From assembly GCA_003614675.1 (NCBI GenBank), contig ML002303.1, positions 1 through 45,485 of the forward strand: 45,485 bases of DNA. Reading direction: 5' to 3'. Both the position numbers and the translations under genes were made by a program. The notes below the pieces were generated by a model. That model was not told the origin of the DNA, did no database searches, and saw nothing but the letters and a program-made list of their open reading frames with translations. This document shows, piece after piece, positions 38,770 to 45,485 of this stretch (position 1 is the first letter of the stretch; each line of letters opens with the position of its first letter). The stretch is from Dimargaris cristalligena (lineage: Eukaryota).

Positions 38770-39888
38770 ATGGACCGCATGAACGATCGCCTTGCCCAAT
38801 CTGTGGGCCGCTCCGATTTCCCTGACGGCGATGACATTCTCCCGGCCGTGTTCCGCCAGGCCGCCATGTCCGTCACCGAGCTGTACAAAAAGGCCCTCAC
38901 CCAAAACCGTCGAGCCTACCGGGCCGGGTACGAACAATGTCTGGAGGATTTCGGCGGGTTCCTGGCCGAATTTATTGCATCGTCCTCGTCGGCTACTCCG
39001 GCTGGGTCCGGGTCAAATATGGTCGGCGACGAAGCGACGATACCCGTAACGTGGGACCAAGTCGTGCGGTTCGTTAGTTATAAGCAACAGCAGTTGGAGC
39101 AGTATGCGCCTCCCGAAGAAACCCCTAGCAGTGCCCCTCACACGGACAACCACCAACACCAGCACCCGCAATACCAACATCAACACCAACACCAGCATCA
39201 CCCACAACATCACCAGGGCAATGGTAATACTATGGGTCACCTAGGTCCTCATGGCAATGGCAGTGGCGGTGGTGGCGGCAGCGGAACCGGTGGTAGAGAT
39301 AATAATGGTCTCGGTACGACTTCTGTGGCCGGGCCCTCGACCCAGGCCTTCCAGTCCGTACCCATGGCCTTTCGTAATAGCTCCCATTCGCACCATTCCC
39401 AGCAACCGCAGCCACATCAACTATCTTCGATATCCCTCGGCGGCACCCCTTCCACGGCCGCCATGGCGAGCATCAGTGGACCCCCTCTACCATCCCCTGC
39501 AGTATCGACTGTACCTTCCCTCGCGCCTGCCCTCGTCACCTCCACCTCCACCACCGCTACCACTGCCCCTTCTTCATCTGGCATGTGGTCCACCACTTCC
39601 ATGCCGACCTTGGCGACCTTCACTTCGCCACTGGCCCATAGTTTTAATCACCACCATAACCATAGCCATCACTCTGGCGCTGACTTCCGCATCAACGACC
39701 CCTTTGCCATGGACAGTGAGTCCAATGGAGGCATGGATACCCCCATCTCCCCTGGGTCCCTCAAACGGCGACTCCTCGTTAATGGCCAGTCAACGGCTCC
39801 CACCGGCTGGGGTCAATATTTGGCCGATCCCCCTAATAAGCGGAATCGGGGCCATCAGCCCGACGATGACGACGACGACGACCTTTAA
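38770..39888 (+). CDS. HAPSTR1/C16orf72 (DUF4588)-like protein, 372 aa
   Basis: N-terminal FRQAAMSVTELYKKA...GYEQCLEDF helix pair, Q/H/G/S low-complexity middle, basic C-terminal motifs LKRR and PPNKRNR. The ORF is solid; the family assignment is from memory. Confidence 0.7.
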   Translation: MDRMNDRLAQSVGRSDFPDGDDILPAVFRQAAMSVTELYKKALTQNRRAYRAGYEQCLEDFGGFLAEFIASSSSATPAGSGSNMVGDEATIPVTWDQVVRFVSYKQQQLEQYAPPEETPSSAPHTDNHQHQHPQYQHQHQHQHHPQHHQGNGNTMGHLGPHGNGSGGGGGSGTGGRDNNGLGTTSVAGPSTQAFQSVPMAFRNSSHSHHSQQPQPHQLSSISLGGTPSTAAMASISGPPLPSPAVSTVPSLAPALVTSTSTTATTAPSSSGMWSTTSMPTLATFTSPLAHSFNHHHNHSHHSGADFRINDPFAMDSESNGGMDTPISPGSLKRRLLVNGQSTAPTGWGQYLADPPNKRNRGHQPDDDDDDDL

Positions 39889-41044
39889 ATCCTACTGTGA
39901 CGAACACCACCCCCTGTTCACCTTATTTTGATCCCTACAGCAACGGGGAATGTTTTATGATGAGTTCACCGTTTTCATCCAACTAATTTGGTCCTTCTTT
40001 TTTAATTAATAATCTTTATTATTATTATTCCTACTATTATTATTCGACTGCCGATTTTCGATACCTCTGCTTCCTTTATATATGTTGCCCCTTCTCTTCG
40101 ACCTTCAACCCGGTTTCCATCTCCCTGTATTTTTTATAATATATCTATATACATTTTTATTTGAAGCCCTTAGATTTTGAGCGGGTTGGTTTTGGATGTG
40201 TCTATATCCACTCGACAGGTGTATTCCCTTACCCCCCCTCCTCCTTTACTAATATGCCAGTCCGCAATTTCCCAATAACCAGATCTCCTCAGTTGCTGCT
40301 ACATTGCTCCCAGCACCTTCGCCGCGCTGGCATATGTTGGTTCGATCATTCTCTACTGACTGTTTTTGTTTATTTATATCAATATTCCCTACATGGGATG
40401 TTAGAACAATCACCGACGCACCAGTTCATTCTCGCGATACTACACACACACATATATATGCCCCTTTTCTTCCCATTCGTCTAGTTACTTTCCCCCTTCC
40501 TATACATACATATATACTAGCTGTGCCCAATACCCTCTCGATTCCATAATCCGCATTGTGATGTCTATTTGCACCACTGCTTCCCTCTTCTCCTCCCGCT
40601 GCACTCGCATCAACCTGATTTATTTCTTTTAAACACAGTATAATAAGCCTAGAACCTCCCCCTCCCCCAATCCTTAAACATTTTTGGCACTGGTACACCT
40701 CCCCCGTCAATTATACCAACCATTAGATAGTTCCAGGCCGGATCTACCCAGTTGTTAAATTATCCATTGGGAGGGACATGGTACACCCTCACCAGCAGCG
40801 AGTTGCACTTTACTTATGGCTATATATATGATATATAGAGTGATAAGCCGAGCAAGAGGTCGAACAAATGTGACCCCACTGGGTTGGGGTCCCTCCTCCT
40901 CCCATCTTCGAATAAAAACCGAAATAAAAAACAACAACAACCAACACAGAACATCGTAAAAATATTAAGGATACCGAGGCGAGGGAGTAGGCTGATGTAA
41001 GCGTATGTAATGGTGATAAAATATAAATTGGTGAAATTACTCGA

Positions 41045-41191
41045 TATGGGTGAAATTCAAACCAGCTGTATAAGGTTTTACATAATACATGTAAGGGTGA
41101 ATATATTGTATGTGAGAATACCTTTTAACCAGTAATATTGGCCTCAGCCAATGGATTTTTCGTTAGACAGCCTGAATGAACTTTTCCCATA
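41045..41191 (+). mobile_element. MITE-like repeat, copy 6
   Basis: TATGGGTGAAATTCAAACCAGCTGTATAA...TTAGACAGCCTGAATGAACTTTTCCCATA; ~120 bp beyond the calcineurin stop codon. Confidence 0.88.
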
Positions 41192-41308
41192 TATTATGAT
41201 AAATAGCCTTACTGCAGCCAGGTCAGACCATAGTAGTTTAGATCAGGCCAGGCCAAACCAAAACCAAACCAGAACGGGCTGGCAAGGAGATGTAGTAAAT
41301 TGGTTGTA

Positions 41309-43659
41309 TTAGTCCACTTGCATTTGCTGCGTCTGGTGAATCTGATCCTCCGCCTCGATGGCTTCCAGTAGCGCCTGGTGTACGTCCTTCCGTTGCTGGG
41401 CCATATGGGACGTTCCCTCGGCCCGATTACTACTACTACCGCCGTGGTGGGCCCCGCCTCCGTACGCATCATAATAAGTCTCGCTCCCTTCGGCATCGCT
41501 GTCGGTATATCCCGAGATGGCTGACGTCCGACTGGCCGAGTGGTGGATCGATGGGGGCATCCCTCCTCCGAACCGGTTGCGAAACGCCGCTTGATTTTCC
41601 GGTGCATAACTACGACAAATGCCAGTCCCAGGTTTATCATCATTTTCACAATTGCCATCATTATCACGGTCCATCCCGGACCCATGGGAGATGACATCAT
41701 CATCACCACCACCACCACCATTCTCATCCTCGTCATCGTCATCATGTACGGGCGGGGGTAACCGTTCATTTTCCTCATCGGCCCGTTTCGCGTCTTCAAA
41801 CGAGGTAATGGCCATGCGTAGACCCCGGGCGCCGAGGGCCAGACTACCGTGCGGCAGTCGTTCGGTTTGCATGAGACTCTTGAGTTCGGTAACGGTTTCG
41901 GATTCGGTGCGGAGGACGGTGAAGACCCGGGCCATTTTGCCCACGGCGATAATTTTGTTCCGGATAATCTGGCGGCGTTTCCATTCGGCGCGGTCCAGGT
42001 CCATCATAGCGGATGACGCTGGTGTCACCCCTGCGCCTGAGGTGATTTCCTCCCCGTTGGGGCCGATGCGACGGGTATCGTCCGCCAGTTCCTCCTGGGA
42101 ACAAATGTTGAGAATGGCGAGGAGCATATCCCCCACTTTTTCGCCGATAAACGGCAGGGACCAGGTGAACACATCGAGGAAGTTAGGGAGCCAGTAGGGG
42201 TGGGGAGAGGCCTGGAAATGCCGGATGTTCATGACGTTATTTTCGTACTTCAGGATGGCCGCCTTGTTATTGTAAATGTCGAGGTAGTTAGGGGCTGAGA
42301 ACATCGTGATGACCGTGGGGAATCCGGTGGCGGCGTTTTTGCGGTACATGCGGTAACCCTGGTCCTGGGCTTCGTGGGCGCGAATGAGGGATAGTAATTT
42401 GTTGCGTTCCAGAAAGTCACACACGGCGGGGTACGTGTAGTAGTAGGAGCAGCCGCGGGCTTGGTTATTCACAAAGGCGGCCTGACCGGTCGGTTCGTGT
42501 CCGTAATCTTCGCTGGGGTCGGACCAGAGCATGTCGCACATGAGCCCGTGGTTAGGGGGTTCGCGAAACCGGTTCAAAGTCCGAATGTCCTCGAGGGTGC
42601 GCATGAGGGGGGACAAACCCCCGTGAATACACAGGAATTTACGGTTAATGAGGGCCGCGAGGGGAAGGGTACAAAACGAAGCAATGCACGCATCATATAA
42701 GGCCCGCGAGTATTTGTGGCTGCATTCGGCCCGGAACGTAAAATGCTGGGTGAGATGCCGGCATTCGTGGTTACCTCGCAGGAGATAGATCCGATCGGGA
42801 TAAGTAATTTTCAGCGCCCAGAGGTACAGCACACATTCGATGGAAAAGTAGCCCCGGTCCACGTAGTCGCCCAAGAATAGGTATTGGGTGGCGGGCAACG
42901 GTCCCCCAACGGTGAAGAGTTTCATCAGGTCGTAGTATTGGCCGTGGATGTCACCACAAATCGTGACGGGGGCTTCGAGTTCGAGTAGCGTGGGTTCTTG
43001 TTCGAACAGGGCGGTCGCTTTGGCGACGATCCAGAGGGCCTGGACTTCCGTGAGGCGACCTTCGCCAATGAAAAAGTCCCGCAGAAAGTTCACATTGGGC
43101 TTTTCCCGGTTTTCGGGGGCATAGAATTGCTCGTCCGTGGGCTTAAATCGGATCGGTTCGGGGACACCTGATTTGGTAATGAATACAAAGTTGGACATGC
43201 GTATACCGCCAATAAATAACATAGACCACCGTTGTCTGAAAATCAATGAGTATAAAAATTATAAACGTCATGTCATAATATTATTGCCAGAAGACCACCA
43301 CTGCCCTTAATAGGGACCCCCGCAGGCATGTCGGTTGCTAATGTAGAGGGGCATGAGCTTGGCCAGGCCTAATGGACTAGGGGCCTTGTCGCGCGCACTT
43401 CAGAAATCCGTCAGAGATAGCCGTTCTCGCCCATTTACACACAAACACACACACAGTCCTATTGAACATTATATCCTCAACGGTCCCTATACTTACCGGG
43501 ACATATGCGCTCGGTGGTAGGAAGGTCGGCGATACTAGGTTCCGTTTCAAAGACGATGGGAACCGACATGGGCGGAGAATCCGGGCCGTCAAGGTCCAAA
43601 TTGCGCATGCCGTCGGTATTCACCTCGGGTGCGGGGGAGGCGCTTCGACTATAAGACAT
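41309..43659 (-). CDS. CNA1: Calcineurin catalytic subunit A (PP2B); 2 exons: 43659-43497, 43167-41309 (673 aa)
   Basis: GDIHGQ, GDYVDRG, LRGNHE and SAPNYL motifs. CnB-binding FTWSLPF, calmodulin-binding [23 protein letters not shown], autoinhibitory [25 protein letters not shown] (43496) to tcAG (43169-43168) joins [12 protein letters not shown] in frame. Confidence 0.97.
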
Positions 43660-45032
43660 GGGGGGAGGAACTGAGAAAAATACAAGTGTCACGAGAGTGA
43701 GAGGAACGCGTTGGAAGAAGGGAGGAGGAGGGGAATATAGGGGTTGGATAAAGAACTGGGATGTAGTTAACGAAAAGGCAATGCGCATAGGCTAAAAGCA
43801 AAGGAAATAGTTAAGTGATGGGGGTAAAGAAAAAAAGCAGGCAAGAGGGAGGGATGTAGGTTAAACGCACCAGCCTTAGGGCGGCCTAAAGCTATATTTG
43901 AATGTACCTCTTCGCCTGCAGCATATATATATTTATATAGGGGTAGGTGTAAAAGCGTGGTTTGAAACTGAGCCAACCATGAATGGTTTTAAACAATAGG
44001 CCTTTCCCTCTCACAGTGATTTGGGGGTAGATGATAGACCCATACAACTCCCCCCTCCCTTCGCACACACCCGGCTGTTTCTTCTCCATCATAACTCAGG
44101 TGGGGGTGAGCTCCTCCTCTTCCTCTATTTGCCGTTTTCCCGGGTCTCGCACCCGTTTTATTGTTACTGAATTTCTTGGCATTCTCACATTGTCACAATT
44201 GGCTGCCGCATCGTCATTTAATGTTCGGATACCAAAATGATCTTATATACCATGGTCTATTAAATTAAGCCCGGGGATAGTGGTGATAATTTCTCGGTGG
44301 CCCAATTCTAATAGCTGCGGCGTCAACCACAAGTAGAGGAGGTTACATAATTGGGAACTAAAAATAAATTATATGGGTTGTCAGGTCACTAAAGACTTTG
44401 GGTCCAAAGAGGGAGGCAGAGCACTTGTAATGCCTTTACACCTGGCTGTTCCAGCGGTTCACCGTAGATTTTCTGTGGCCTCATACGGTAGGCTGAGTCA
44501 CTAGTATTATGTAGGGATAGTTTAGGTAATTGACCACATGCCCATGTGAGAGCGAACATGGAGAAATACCACGGAATCAGAGTAAAAATAAATGGCAATA
44601 TAGTTTAGCTTGACTTGGAATTTTCAGTTGTGGCCATATTCATGTGGAATATTGGTAATTTATTTATACAGGGTCGCAAGGAGTAGCACCTATATGGCAT
44701 TTTAGATCTCCACCCTGGGGGCGTCAAATAAAAGAAAGCATTAGCCACCGCTACTTAGTAGCAGGGCTATGCAGTAAAACTTTTACAGAAGGGGGTGGTA
44801 GGGTTAGTGGTGAAGTAAAGGTGGACGTCCAGGGGTTGCTTTCAAAGGGATATTGCTGCAGATCGCCGCATGACTCTATTCACACTTCGCCTACCAGTGT
44901 CTATTGAATTGGGGTACTAGTAAAAGGGAAAGGAAACAAAATGGTGAGGAAGAGGAAACAAAAGGAAAAATACCAGGAGAAAAAAGGAAAGAAAATTAAA
45001 AAAAGGGAGGAGGGTAAAGCTATAGTGGCAGG

Positions 45033-45356
45033 CTATATAGCCGGGGGGATGGCTGCAGTGGTAGTAGACCAAATTGAGCCTGAGTTCTTTGGGGGGAATA
45101 TGATATCAGGGCAGCATATACAGTCAACATACAGTAGTATTTTAAGGAGGGGGACCCAAAAACGGCAGGGGTAGTGGGGGGATGTTGGTAGGGAGGAGAT
45201 GGCAAAATCAATGGGGTCAATATCTATTAGGGGGGGTGGCAGTGTATTAAGTAGTGGCCGGGGGATAAGAGGGCATTTTGGGAGATGGTTTCAGGATGTG
45301 TGGCCAGTGCCACATGGGCAATCCTTATAGCAGCCTGGCAACTATCCCATACGTCA
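45033..45356 (-). mobile_element. Decayed 3' end of a non-LTR retrotransposon (LINE) ORF2
   Basis: One frame reads *RMG*LPGCYKDCPCGTGHTS*NHLPKCPLIPRPLLNTLP...DPIDFAISSLP...FWVPLLKILLYVDCICCP. This resembles the Cys/His C-terminus of LINE RT ORFs in early-diverging fungi (recalled). A pyrimidine-rich 3' tract follows. Confidence 0.65.
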
Positions 45357-45485
45357 GTGAGGCCATATTCAGATGAAGTAGAGTTTTATTTAAAGTGAAT
45401 CTAAGGCAGGCGACCTTTTGGTCATAATTGCTATCCACAGGGAACATGATAATGGGTAATTTGGTCAAAAACCCTCAAAAGCTAC

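Noticed and set aside
10441-41191. CRISPR array, tRNA or SINE interpretation of the dispersed ~140-bp repeat
   Set aside because: Copies are dispersed in both orientations with terminal inverted repeats. There are no spacers, cloverleaf, A/B boxes or poly(A) tail, and the DNA is eukaryotic.

Overview
Eukaryotic, fungal-type genomic DNA: GC-rich exons, GT-AG introns with CTRAY branch sites, AT-rich intergenic tracts. An early-diverging fungus is plausible but is inference only. Protein genes: App1-type phosphatidate phosphatase, FCP1/NIF HAD-like protein, a 3-exon fusion of PEX39/DUF5572-type repeats with a degenerate HIBCH/crotonase domain and six CPF motifs, an HSF-family transcription factor broken by a 1-nt frameshift in a G7 run, an orphan secreted protein, aspartokinase, a HAPSTR1/C16orf72-like protein and calcineurin A. 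The most interesting feature is invisible in the ORF track: a minus-strand spliced non-coding host gene (~36.1-37.15 kb) with one box C/D snoRNA in each of three introns (snR57-like, snR61/U38-like, and a U18-region guide with a shifted predicted target). Repeats: six copies of a ~140 bp MITE-like family, two related CpG-depleted LTR-like relics, an ABCG gene fragment and the decayed 3' end of a LINE. All splice sites, family assignments and rRNA targets were worked out by eye and from recalled conserved sequences, not by database search.
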